Source of the DNA: an uncultured Anaerolineae bacterium
GTDB lineage: Bacteria; Chloroflexota; Anaerolineae; Anaerolineales; UBA11858
Length of the DNA: 32,071 nucleotides
Assembly (NCBI GenBank): GCA_937893815.1
Contig: CALCSH010000025.1
Location: 1-32,071 of the forward strand
Reading direction: 5' to 3'
Positions 1 to 8,002 of the stretch are shown piece by piece. Each line of letters begins with the position of its first letter. Positions within the stretch are counted from its first letter, which is position 1. The notes beneath the pieces are model-generated. The model searched no databases. It saw only the letters and a list, made by a program, of their open reading frames with translations, and was not told the origin of the DNA. The position numbers and the translations under genes were made by a program.

Positions 1-216
1 GGGGCACAGGTCCCCCCAAGTTGGTCGCTGGATTTCACGCTGGCGCTGACTTTCATAGCTTTGGTGGTTCCTGCGTTGGAAGACCGCGCCAGCGTGCTGT
101 CGGCAGTGGCGGCGGGCATCACGGCGCTGCTGGCTATCAGCTTGCCTTATAAACTTGGTTTGCTGGTGGCAGCTTTGGCCGGAATTATCATCGGCTTGTG
201 GAGTGAACAGCGATGA
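1..216 (+). CDS. azlC: AzlC-family branched-chain amino acid permease subunit, C-terminal fragment (5' end lies outside the window)
   Basis: Frame 1 is open from nt 1 to TGA at 214-216. It encodes a hydrophobic tail (...LALTFIALVVPALEDRASVLSAVAAGITALLAISLPYKLGLLVAALAGIIIGLWSEQR). Its stop overlaps the next ATG (ATGA at 213-216), the usual azlC-azlD layout. It is absent from the ORF track because it has no in-window start. Confidence 0.55.
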   Translation, partial: GAQVPPSWSLDFTLALTFIALVVPALEDRASVLSAVAAGITALLAISLPYKLGLLVAALAGIIIGLWSEQR

Positions 217-539
217 ATTCCCCCTGGTTGGTGATGATCACCGTAGGTATTCTGACTTTTGCTACGCGGCTTTCCTTCATTGTGCTACTAGAACGCTGGC
301 AAACTCCACCCATGCTGCGGCGTGCCTTGCGCTTTGTGCCGGTAGCCGTGCTGACGGCAATTATCGCCCCTGAACTGGCGATGCCCGCCGGTCATTTGGA
401 CATTTCGTTTGGTAATCTGCGTCTGTTGGCCGGGATTGTGGCAATTCTTGTGGCCTGGAAGACGCGCAACATTGTTTGGACGATTGTCGCCGGAATGGCA
501 GCGCTGTTTGTATTGCAGTTGTGGTTTGGCGGTCTATAG
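213..539 (+). CDS. azlD: AzlD-type branched-chain amino acid transport protein (small membrane subunit)
   Basis: The 108-aa ORF is almost entirely hydrophobic (about 4 TM segments). Its size and N-terminus (VMITVGILTFATRLSFIVL) are typical of AzlD. It is translationally coupled to the upstream azlC-like frame. Confidence 0.7.
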   Translation: MNSPWLVMITVGILTFATRLSFIVLLERWQTPPMLRRALRFVPVAVLTAIIAPELAMPAGHLDISFGNLRLLAGIVAILVAWKTRNIVWTIVAGMAALFVLQLWFGGL

Positions 540-914
540 TTTGCGTTCTACCAGCGCCAGCAAATTGCCATCCGGATCGTGGAAGAATGCCATCCATTCT
601 TCTTCGCCCGCGGGGCCGAATAAACCGTCATCATCGCGGTGGATTTTGTGCGGCTCGCTAACAAAAACGATGCCTTTTTCTTGCAGTGATTGGCAGGCGG
701 CATGGATTTCATCGACACGCATATATAGTGTGGCTTGCGGGGCGTTTTCCTCGAAAAGCAGCCGCACGCCATCCATATCAATAAAAGCCAGCCCAGAGGG
801 ATCAAATTTGGCAATCAGGCGCAGGCCAAGCGTATCACGATAGAACTGGATCGAACGCTCCAGGTTGCTACTGTGAACTGCGATTTGGTGTAGGGATAGT
901 ATTTTTATAGCCAT
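534..914 (-). CDS. VOC family protein (glyoxalase/bleomycin-resistance/dioxygenase fold)
   Basis: The 126-aa product has LHQIAVHSSNLERSIQFYRDTLGL at the N-terminus and WMAFFHDPDGNLLALVE at the C-terminus, which are the paired VOC module signatures. An AAAGG SD-like sequence lies 8 nt upstream of the ATG. Confidence 0.8.
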   Translation of the reverse strand: MAIKILSLHQIAVHSSNLERSIQFYRDTLGLRLIAKFDPSGLAFIDMDGVRLLFEENAPQATLYMRVDEIHAACQSLQEKGIVFVSEPHKIHRDDDGLFGPAGEEEWMAFFHDPDGNLLALVERKL

Positions 915-934
915 TAATCAGACCTTTCTGTTTT

Positions 935-962
935 TTGATAATTTCTACTTTGACATTGTCAA
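935..962 (-). promoter_or_regulatory. Candidate sigma70-type promoter for the VOC gene
   Basis: On the minus strand there is TTGACA (revcomp of 957-962), a 16-nt spacer, then TATCAA (revcomp of 935-940), about 20 nt upstream of the ATG at 914. The -35 sits within the palindrome TTGACATTGTCAA (950-962). Confidence 0.3.
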
Positions 963-1024
963 GCTACTCACGCTAACACCCCCTTTTCTCGATATTTGTA
1001 CATCAGGAAAGTAGGCCATTATTG

Positions 1025-2230
1025 TTAATGGTCAGTATGCAGCCGTCCTGAGCGAACGTGCCAGGTAGTTGCGGCTTGAACAAATTCAGGAGCAAAAAGA
1101 TCAAGATCGGTTGTTGTAAGCAGCGCTTGTTTAATCTCTGTCAGGTGGGCAATCAAATCTGCACGACGCAGGGCATCAAGTTCGGCCAATACCTCATCGA
1201 GTAGCAGCACGGGCCAGAAGCCGGTTTTGGTTTTCATCCAGTTAATCTCAGCAATTTTTAGTGATAGCAAAGCCGTACGAATTTGCCCGCGCGAGCCATA
1301 AATCCCCAAATCAATGCCGTTGGCGAGAAATTGGATATCATCGCGGTGCGGACCAAGTGTGGTTTGGCCGCGGGCAATTTCAGCGCGCTGCGCTGCTTTG
1401 AGTGCTTCGTGAAACCCGGTGGCGATCTCTTCTTGGGAGAATTTGCTGCGATCGATGGGGGTATCGAACTGGAGCGCCAATTGATTTTTTGGCTCGCGGT
1501 GCGGATCATAAGCCGGGCGATACGCCAGCCGCAACCGCTCTGCGCCGCGTGTTAGTTCACTGTGAATAATGGCGGCCTGCTCCTCGAGTTCCGCGATAGC
1601 CTGGATGCGCGACCGAATAATATAAGCCCCAGTTTGAATGATCTGCTCATCCCAATAGCTGAGTTGTTCCGGGTCACCGCCGCGTTCGTGGAGTGTTCTA
1701 AGTAGTGCGTTACGCTGCCCCAGCGCTTTGTTATACGCCGAAAGCGAGGCCGTGTAATGTGGATTGGTCTGCGAAATCGCCAAATCCAGGTAGCGCCGCC
1801 GCTCGGTTGGCGCGCCATCGATGATGCTCATCATTCGGGGCAGAAAGAGCACGGCGTTGAAATGTCCTACTAACCCGCTGATTTTTTTCTTTGCACCATC
1901 CAGTAGAACTTCGCGACGCAGACGCGAGCCGTTGAATTTCTGCGCTTCTTGAATAAGACGCACTTCCAGTCGATGATTTTTCTCACCGCGGCGATATTCC
2001 GCCACAATACGCCCTACAACCAGGTTTTCTTGCGGTGCTAAAAAGCTGATCAACTCGCGGTGCTGCCCAGCCTGAAACGATGTGAAGGTCGCCAGATAAT
2101 AAATTGCTTCCAGTAAACTGGTTTTGCCCTGGGCATTATCACCCACCACCACCAGCGTACCCTGTGGCACAGGCGTATCCAGGCGCATGAAATTGCGAAA
2201 GTTAGACAGGGAAAGATGAGTTAGATACAT
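1025..2230 (-). CDS. recF: DNA replication and repair protein RecF
   Basis: The 401-aa product has the N-terminus MYLTHLSLSNFRNF, Walker A GDNAQGKTSLLEAI and Walker B VLLLDEVLAELD, with overall RecF/SMC-like organisation. Confidence 0.95.
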   Translation of the reverse strand: MYLTHLSLSNFRNFMRLDTPVPQGTLVVVGDNAQGKTSLLEAIYYLATFTSFQAGQHRELISFLAPQENLVVGRIVAEYRRGEKNHRLEVRLIQEAQKFNGSRLRREVLLDGAKKKISGLVGHFNAVLFLPRMMSIIDGAPTERRRYLDLAISQTNPHYTASLSAYNKALGQRNALLRTLHERGGDPEQLSYWDEQIIQTGAYIIRSRIQAIAELEEQAAIIHSELTRGAERLRLAYRPAYDPHREPKNQLALQFDTPIDRSKFSQEEIATGFHEALKAAQRAEIARGQTTLGPHRDDIQFLANGIDLGIYGSRGQIRTALLSLKIAEINWMKTKTGFWPVLLLDEVLAELDALRRADLIAHLTEIKQALLTTTDLDLFAPEFVQAATTWHVRSGRLHTDH

Positions 2231-2252
2231 GAATGTGGAAACCAGCCTAAAA

Positions 2253-2271
2253 AGAAACCTGCCAGGTTTCT
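2253..2271. repeat. Palindromic motif AGAAACCTG-C-CAGGTTTCT (AACCTG-N-CAGGT family)
   Basis: This is a perfect 9+9 palindrome around one central base in the recF-def spacer. The same core occurs at 2333-2348 and in both arms of the hairpin at 19636-19668. Confidence 0.6.
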
Positions 2272-2332
2272 ACATATTCGTTGGCTGAAATACTGCAAAG
2301 GGAATGAAATACCCCGTTGATCTGGACTCCGG

Positions 2333-2348
2333 AAAACCTGGCAGGTCT
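2333..2348. repeat. Palindromic motif AAAACCTG-G-CAGGTCT (AACCTG-N-CAGGT family)
   Basis: It matches 19635-19650 (AAAACCTGACAGGTCT) at 15 of 16 positions, differing only at the central base. It lies 9 nt downstream of the def stop. Confidence 0.6.
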
Positions 2349-2356
2349 TAAAATAT

Positions 2357-2854
2357 CTACTCGATTTCAGGTAATTCGTGTTCCCAAACGCTGAGTGCGT
2401 GGTCAGTGAATAGAATACCGTTAAGGTGGTCAGTTTCGTGCTGGAAGATACGCGCCAGCCAGCCTTGGGCTTCAATTCGCTGGGGTTCTCCATGCCGGTC
2501 GAGGCCCTCTACTGTGGCATCGATGGGGCGCATCACTTCGCCAAGTATCCCTGGAATTGAGAGACAACCCTCCACGCCGGTATCCATCTCGCGGGATGTA
2601 TACACAATTTTGGGATTGATGATGGCGTAGACTTCTTTGGGGGCTTCGTCATCGTCTTCGTCGCCAAATTCGGCAACGAATAATCTCAACGGCACGTTCA
2701 CCTGCGGTGCGGCCAACCCAACTCCGGGGGCGTCCCGCATCGTGTCTATCATATTGTCGATGAGTGTTTGCAATGTGTCGTCAAAGTGAGTGATTTTTTT
2801 AGCTTTGCCCCTCAGCATGGGGTTAGGATCGATCACAATATCTAGGAGTGCCAT
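2357..2854 (-). CDS. def: Peptide deformylase
   Basis: The 165-aa product contains all three deformylase motifs: GVGLAAPQV, EGCLSIPG and QHETDHLNG. Confidence 0.95.
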   Translation of the reverse strand: MALLDIVIDPNPMLRGKAKKITHFDDTLQTLIDNMIDTMRDAPGVGLAAPQVNVPLRLFVAEFGDEDDDEAPKEVYAIINPKIVYTSREMDTGVEGCLSIPGILGEVMRPIDATVEGLDRHGEPQRIEAQGWLARIFQHETDHLNGILFTDHALSVWEHELPEIE

Positions 2855-2929
2855 AATAATATTTGCATCTTTCTGACTCGCTGGCGAGTGGTTTCTGTTT
2901 GTGATGTGGATACTGCAATTTTACCCGAT

Positions 2930-4588
2930 CTAAAAGAAATCGGGCTCGTGGTCGCTGGAATGACTTCCCCCGGTTTGTTCGTGATAAATCTCGAGCCAGG
3001 TTGCCATGCGGTTATTCTCGCGTTCGGCCTCTCTCTTTTTACCTTCGTATTCAAGAGTTTCTTGGTAGTCGAATATATCCTGATGTACTCTGGCAGGGTT
3101 GTGAACATCATAGAACAATAATGTAATATCTCCAACATTAATTTTTACGGTTCCGATATCGAGAATGATATTTAATAGGGTTGGCCGTTCGTGCTCTACG
3201 CTCAAAACATTCACCAGAGGCGCTGATTGAACTGATTCTTTACCCAACGGTTTTTTTTCACGATCTATGATTTTATCTTTGGTGAGACGATAAATATCAT
3301 TGTCCCAATCTGTGTAAACGTAGATCCACCATACAGCACAAAATCCTACTAGGATTAATCCTGTTATAAAAACTTGTTCTGCAGGCACTTTATTTTTTAC
3401 CAGCAATAGAATTGATATTATCAGGATAGTTGGCACAATAATAGTAGGCCAAATTAATTTTTTAAATAATACAAACCAATGTTTATGGTAGGTAATAATA
3501 TCGCCATCTACTTCACGAGTTGAAAAAGGGCCAGGTCGCCGCGAATTTTTATCTAGAGATGTTTGAGAATTGTTTGTTTGATTTTGGGTACGTTCTTTAT
3601 CTTTTTCAGTATCATAGTTAAGTCTTTGGCGAATCGTGCGAGCGATTTCATCGAGTTTGGCTTGCTGATTTTTTCTGCGAACACGTTTGATTAAACGCTC
3701 GATGAGTTCATTCATTTGCGAGGGATTATCAACATTGGTCATCTCTACGCGTCCAGTGTACGTGCGAACGGTAACATTGCCAAAATTAAATGTGCGCCCC
3801 CAGAAATTTGTGTCTACTTTTACGGATTGAATAGCTGATAAAGGGGCTTCTCGGCGACTATCACTTTTTAGAAGTACTTGTTCTAACCATACCACTCGCT
3901 GATTAGTAACTATAAAATAGTCATTGCGCCAATCAGCAAATTTCCATATCCCCAAAGGAATAGGGAATACTAACAATAAACCTCCTGTCAGATAAACAAG
4001 GATGGTGTTGATAATATTACTTTCGATTTGTTTGCTCATGAGAAATAGGGCGAACAATACAAGTGCAATCAAAAAAGGGGCAATAATATCTCTTGCTAAC
4101 AAAAACACATGTCGTCGACTAATCAAGTAGATTACCTCACCTTCTGATAACCAGTCAAAACGTAGGCGCATAGCGCGACGGTGAGTATGTTTAATTGCCT
4201 CTAAATGTAGTTTGACTTTGGGGCATGTTCGTACCAACCAATTAAAGTCTTCTTCATCAAGATATAAGAGGGTTGTTTCCTCAGTAGCCATTGCGGAAGC
4301 AGTTCGAGGGTGTCTAAACAATAGACCGTATTCGCCTAGGTGATCTCCATTTTCAAATAACCCAATATCTACGCGTTTACTACCTCGTGTATACCATACC
4401 CGAATATGCCCACTTACGATAATATAGAAATTATCTGCGACATCATTTTGCTTGAACAGGATTTCATCTTGGGCTATCTTACGCTCAATCAGACGATCCG
4501 CGATATCTGAAATCTCATCATGGCATAATTCTCCAAAAATGGGAGTGTGACTTAAAAACTCAATTCTCTCATTGATTTCCGGCAACAT
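2930..4588 (-). CDS. Cyclic-nucleotide-binding domain protein fused to a YdbT-like membrane module with two bPH_2 (DUF304) domains
   Basis: The 552-aa product has an N-terminal cNMP-binding domain (FGELCHDEI...FYIIVSGHIRV...GEYGLLFRHPRTASAMA; RTASA is the phosphate-binding-cassette signature). It is followed twice by a TM hairpin plus a PH-like unit (WRNDYFIVTNQRVVWLE and WDNDIYRLTKDKIIDRE). The gene is much more AT-rich than its neighbours. Confidence 0.75.
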   Translation of the reverse strand: MLPEINERIEFLSHTPIFGELCHDEISDIADRLIERKIAQDEILFKQNDVADNFYIIVSGHIRVWYTRGSKRVDIGLFENGDHLGEYGLLFRHPRTASAMATEETTLLYLDEEDFNWLVRTCPKVKLHLEAIKHTHRRAMRLRFDWLSEGEVIYLISRRHVFLLARDIIAPFLIALVLFALFLMSKQIESNIINTILVYLTGGLLLVFPIPLGIWKFADWRNDYFIVTNQRVVWLEQVLLKSDSRREAPLSAIQSVKVDTNFWGRTFNFGNVTVRTYTGRVEMTNVDNPSQMNELIERLIKRVRRKNQQAKLDEIARTIRQRLNYDTEKDKERTQNQTNNSQTSLDKNSRRPGPFSTREVDGDIITYHKHWFVLFKKLIWPTIIVPTILIISILLLVKNKVPAEQVFITGLILVGFCAVWWIYVYTDWDNDIYRLTKDKIIDREKKPLGKESVQSAPLVNVLSVEHERPTLLNIILDIGTVKINVGDITLLFYDVHNPARVHQDIFDYQETLEYEGKKREAERENNRMATWLEIYHEQTGGSHSSDHEPDFF

Positions 4589-4603
4589 AATTCCATTTTA
4601 GCA
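4589..4603 (-). promoter_or_regulatory. Extended -10 box (TGCTAAAAT) 6 nt upstream of the ATG at 4588; candidate leaderless promoter
   Basis: The minus strand reads TGCTAAAAT-GGAATT-ATG. There is no SD-like purine run between the box and the start codon. Confidence 0.35.
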
Positions 4604-4623
4604 CAGCAAGCAAAAATATTTGA

Positions 4624-4632
4624 TGATACAAT
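4624..4632 (+). promoter_or_regulatory. Candidate extended -10 box (TGATACAAT) for the phosphohexomutase gene
   Basis: A TGnTACAAT box lies about 100 nt upstream of the ATG at 4735. That gene has its own SD (AGGAG 4722-4726, 8-nt spacing). Confidence 0.3.
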
Positions 4633-4734
4633 CAGCGCGACATACGAAAAATTAGGATATATGCAAGCGTGATGAGCGAAGTAAGCATAACTTTCAACGA
4701 ATTGCACAAATCCTAAAAAATAGGAGCAAGACTC

Positions 4735-6195
4735 ATGCCCATTCATTTTGGCACCGACGGCTGGCGAGCTGTCATCTCGGATACATTCACCTTCCACAAT
4801 CTGCGCCTGGTGACGCAGGCAATTGCCGATGCGATCAACTCCGGCGACTGGCAGACGCTCAATCCATCGGGGCGCAGTATCGACCCGCATAAATTTGTGG
4901 TCGGTTTTGATACTCGTTTTCTCTCTGATCGTTACGCCGCCGATGTGGCGCGTGTGCTGGCGGCCAATGGCTATACGGTTTTTCTGGCACAATCTGATGC
5001 GCCTACCCCGGCGATTTCATACGCGGTACGACATTTGGGCGCCGCTGCCGGGGCTGTGATTACAGCATCGCATAATGCGCCGCGCTATAACGGTATCAAG
5101 CTCAAAGCCGCTTATGGCGGATCGGCGCAGCCCGAACAGTCGCGTCGGGTGGAAGTTTACCTGAACGATAACGAAGAACGCGGCCGCGGCCCGAGCATGA
5201 TGGATTGGGATCAGGCGCGCAAGTTAGGGTTGATCGAACGTTTCAATCCGATACCTGCCTACTACGATCATCTGCGCACATTAATTGACTTTGACAAAAT
5301 AGCTGATAGACCGCCTCGCATCGTCGTCGATTCGATGCATGGCTCCGGGCGCGAGGTGATAAAAGGCATTCTCAAAGGCACGGGTTGTGAAGTCCATGAA
5401 ATCCGCGGCGAAATGAATCCCGGTTTTGGGGGGACACACCCAGAACCGATTAGCCGCAATCTGGGCGCGCTCGCCGGAGCGATCGGCACGGGCTTGGGAG
5501 ATCTGGGTCTGGCCACTGACGGCGACGGCGACCGGATTGGTGCGATGGACGGACGTGGTAATTTTGTCGATCCGCATAAAATCATGGCGCTGGCATTGCG
5601 TTATTTAGTCGAAGAGCGTGGCTGGAGCGGACCGGTTGTGCGCACAGTCTCTACCACGCGCATGATCGACCGCCTTGCCGAGCGCTATAATCTACCTGTC
5701 TACGAGACACCGGTGGGGTTCAACCATATTGCCGATTATATGCTCAAAGAAGATGTGCTCATCGGCGGTGAAGAATCCGGTGGTATCTCGTTCAAAGGAC
5801 ATATTCCCGAAGGGGATGGCGTTCTGATGGGCCTGCTGCTCGTTGAAATGGTGGCGGCTTCCCGCACGCCGCTAGACGAATTGGTCGCTGACTTAATCGC
5901 CGATGTTGGCCCAGCTTTTTATGAACGCAAAGACATGCGCCTAAATCACCCGGTTGCCAAAGCCAAGCTGGTGGCACGCTTGGTGGATGAAGCCCCCACT
6001 GAAATCGGCGGCGAGAGTGTGCAAGATATAGTATCCACGGATGGGATTAAATACATCATGGCCGATGATTCCTGGCTGCTGATTCGCCCTTCGGGGACAG
6101 AACCGGTTTTGCGTGTCTATGCAGAAGGTCGCAGCGAAAAAATGGTTTCAGAACTTTTGAAATATGGCGGCCAGGTTGCCGCCAGTGCTACGTAA
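4735..6195 (+). CDS. Phosphoglucomutase/phosphomannomutase family alpha-D-phosphohexomutase
   Basis: The 486-aa product has the catalytic Ser loop TASHNAPRYNGIK, the metal loop ATDGDGDRIGAMD, the sugar loop GGEESGG and the phosphate loop RPSGTEPVLRVYAEG. Confidence 0.9.
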   Translation: MPIHFGTDGWRAVISDTFTFHNLRLVTQAIADAINSGDWQTLNPSGRSIDPHKFVVGFDTRFLSDRYAADVARVLAANGYTVFLAQSDAPTPAISYAVRHLGAAAGAVITASHNAPRYNGIKLKAAYGGSAQPEQSRRVEVYLNDNEERGRGPSMMDWDQARKLGLIERFNPIPAYYDHLRTLIDFDKIADRPPRIVVDSMHGSGREVIKGILKGTGCEVHEIRGEMNPGFGGTHPEPISRNLGALAGAIGTGLGDLGLATDGDGDRIGAMDGRGNFVDPHKIMALALRYLVEERGWSGPVVRTVSTTRMIDRLAERYNLPVYETPVGFNHIADYMLKEDVLIGGEESGGISFKGHIPEGDGVLMGLLLVEMVAASRTPLDELVADLIADVGPAFYERKDMRLNHPVAKAKLVARLVDEAPTEIGGESVQDIVSTDGIKYIMADDSWLLIRPSGTEPVLRVYAEGRSEKMVSELLKYGGQVAASAT

Positions 6196-6216
6196 ACTAC
6201 CCAAGATAACGGCTTG

Positions 6217-6252
6217 CCCCGAACCCTTCCCGATGTTGGGGAGGGTTCGGGG
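6217..6252. other. GC-rich stem-loop in the convergent spacer
   Basis: CCCCGAACCCT (6217-6227) pairs with AGGGTTCGGGG (6242-6252). The stem extends inward through one G-U pair and three more pairs (CCC 6229-6231 with GGG 6238-6240). No flanking U-tract is present. Confidence 0.5.
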
Positions 6253-6262
6253 TATAAAACAA

Positions 6263-6292
6263 AAAAGCCCCCTTCAACCGAAGGGGGCTTTT
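6263..6292. terminator. Bidirectional intrinsic terminator between the phosphohexomutase gene and the 8-gene minus-strand operon
   Basis: AAAAGCCCCCTTC (6263-6275), loop AACC, GAAGGGGGCTTTT (6280-6292). The A-tract on one side and T-tract on the other give a U-tail on both strands. Confidence 0.8.
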
Positions 6293-6309
6293 AATTTAAA
6301 TAGTTGTTA

Positions 6310-6885
6310 CTACTGCGCCGTACGCAACCTTCTGGCAAAAATAATCACCAAAACCAGCGCAGCAGCCAGCGATAACATCCCCGGAATTCCAACATCATCT
6401 GCGAAACCTGTGGAGGGAAGTTGTGTCGCCGCGGGGGTGACAGTCATTAAATTTGACGCCTGTTGAGTGAAGAGCGCCGCCATCGTTGCCGTGAGATGAT
6501 CCTCACGCGATTGAGCCAGTCCCGCGGCGGGCGTATCAGTAATTGCCATCACCGGGGTTGGGCTGGATGTTGCCGTAACGGGCAAGGGTGTCTGGGTAGC
6601 GGTGGGAGTCGCGGTCCACGATTGGGCTTCCGCGGTCATATTTGCCGCCAGGGCTACCTGAGTGTTTTGAGCATTAATTTGGGCAATCTGGGTGCTTTCT
6701 GCCGTCCGGCGCCGGGGCACAATCACCATCGCATAAACAGCCATCAGCACCAGTGACAGGATGAGGAACGCGCCCAATACACCAGCAACCAGTAAAAAGG
6801 TACGATTGCTCGATTCTTCGGGTGGAGTTGCCTCGTCCCCTTCCATTTCCAAATCATCAAAGTCGAAATCATCCATCATAGTCAT
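6310..6885 (-). CDS. Thr/Ala/Pro-rich membrane protein with a C-terminal LPXTG-like sorting signal
   Basis: The 191-aa product has an acidic N-terminus, a TM segment (FLLVAGVLGAFLILSLVLMAVYAMVIV) and a T/A/P-rich segment. It then has LPSTG, about 10 residues, a hydrophobic stretch (IPGMLSLAAALVLVIIFA) and a basic tail RRLRTAQ. A GAGGAG SD lies 8 nt upstream of the ATG. Confidence 0.65.
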   Translation of the reverse strand: MTMMDDFDFDDLEMEGDEATPPEESSNRTFLLVAGVLGAFLILSLVLMAVYAMVIVPRRRTAESTQIAQINAQNTQVALAANMTAEAQSWTATPTATQTPLPVTATSSPTPVMAITDTPAAGLAQSREDHLTATMAALFTQQASNLMTVTPAATQLPSTGFADDVGIPGMLSLAAALVLVIIFARRLRTAQ

Positions 6886-6911
6886 TGTTCGTTCTCCTCA
6901 GGTTGCCCTTT

Positions 6912-7970
6912 TTATATCACTTTTTCCAGATTTGCCAAAGGAACTTTGACTTGTTCGTCATCGGCCAGAGTAATATAAGCGCCCAGGGCGCGAATTCCGC
7001 TTGGAAATTTCAACGGCTCTTGCGACAAAGTCGTGATGCTGCCGGTTTTACCGATATAAGGTGCTTTAATAATGCGCACTTTTTGTCCGGGCGAAAAATC
7101 TTCAACCGCAAGCGACATATCGTGCAAATCGTTGCCCGCATCCAGGGGGATGACAATTTCGGGCCGAATACCTTTGTAATGGTTTACCGACTCCGCATTG
7201 AGCGCTATCTCTCGCCCATTGTTGGTTACCAGTACATTATAGCCTATTGCATTCAAAGGATGAAAGCCAAATCCCTCTAAAACCAGAACGGGGAATTGAG
7301 CTTTTTGGGCGTGGGGAATCATTGCGGTATGCATGCTAACAAAAATCAGCCCGCGCAAGGGAATTTCCGCGGCTTTTTGTAACACTTGCGGGTCATCACA
7401 ATATCCACCCAGAACAATCGCACCGCGCAAGCTTACATCCAACATATCCCTGGTGAGATGACTATCTGGCGAATCGAGTTTGGTTTGCATCAATCCAAAT
7501 TCAGCGCGCCCGTTGCCCCATACGCCTTGTACCAATGCGCCAGTAGTTTCGATGACGGCGCCGCGGTCGGGAATTAGATCGGTGATGGTGCCTGGTATAC
7601 CGGCGTGGAGTTCGTACGGTGGCGTATTCACTTCCATGAGCACTTGCCCATCCCCGGCGACGACGATCCGCCCCGAGCGTGGTGCGCGGACTACCCGTTG
7701 GGTGATTCCGGCTGGCCCGGCGATGAGATCGTCTTTGGTGACAAATTCGCCAGCCGCTCGTTGGATTAAGTCATCTGCTTTTTCCAGGGAGACATGCAAA
7801 CTACGGGCAATATCCAGCAAAATGTGCTCAGGTTCAAGTTGAGCTTCAGCAATTACATCCCGCGCCTCCACTTTTTGCCCCTGGCGCACAATAATATTGC
7901 CAGGGAAGGGCAGTTCGCGGTGACGGCGAATCTTGGTCAGGGGGGTGATGTGAACAACAGGTGCAAGCAT
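6912..7970 (-). CDS. Conserved-looking hypothetical soluble protein (barrel-sandwich-like N-terminus, KOW-like C-terminus)
   Basis: The 352-aa product has no TM segments. N-terminal strands (GNIIVRQGQKVEARDVIAE ... VVRAPRSGRIVVAGDGQVLMEV) resemble biotinyl/HlyD-type hybrid barrels. The C-terminus (GQKVRIIKAPYIGKTGSITTL) is KOW-like. I did not recognise a family. Confidence 0.65.
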   Translation of the reverse strand: MLAPVVHITPLTKIRRHRELPFPGNIIVRQGQKVEARDVIAEAQLEPEHILLDIARSLHVSLEKADDLIQRAAGEFVTKDDLIAGPAGITQRVVRAPRSGRIVVAGDGQVLMEVNTPPYELHAGIPGTITDLIPDRGAVIETTGALVQGVWGNGRAEFGLMQTKLDSPDSHLTRDMLDVSLRGAIVLGGYCDDPQVLQKAAEIPLRGLIFVSMHTAMIPHAQKAQFPVLVLEGFGFHPLNAIGYNVLVTNNGREIALNAESVNHYKGIRPEIVIPLDAGNDLHDMSLAVEDFSPGQKVRIIKAPYIGKTGSITTLSQEPLKFPSGIRALGAYITLADDEQVKVPLANLEKVI

Positions 7971-8002
7971 GGTTACTCTACTAGGTGCAAATTTTATACC
8001 AG

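Noticed and set aside
2221-2493. 90-aa minus-strand ORF spanning the recF-def spacer
   Set aside because: It overlaps the 3' end of def out of frame and reads through the palindromic repeats. It has no SD and an implausible composition.
1025-2854. recF lying downstream of def instead of in a dnaA-dnaN-recF-gyrB cluster
   Set aside because: The context differs from the classic arrangement, but recF is dispersed in many phyla. It is not informative on its own.
6164-6466. 100-aa plus-strand ORF crossing the convergent spacer
   Set aside because: It reads through both terminator hairpins and into the antisense of the LPSTG-protein gene. It has no SD.
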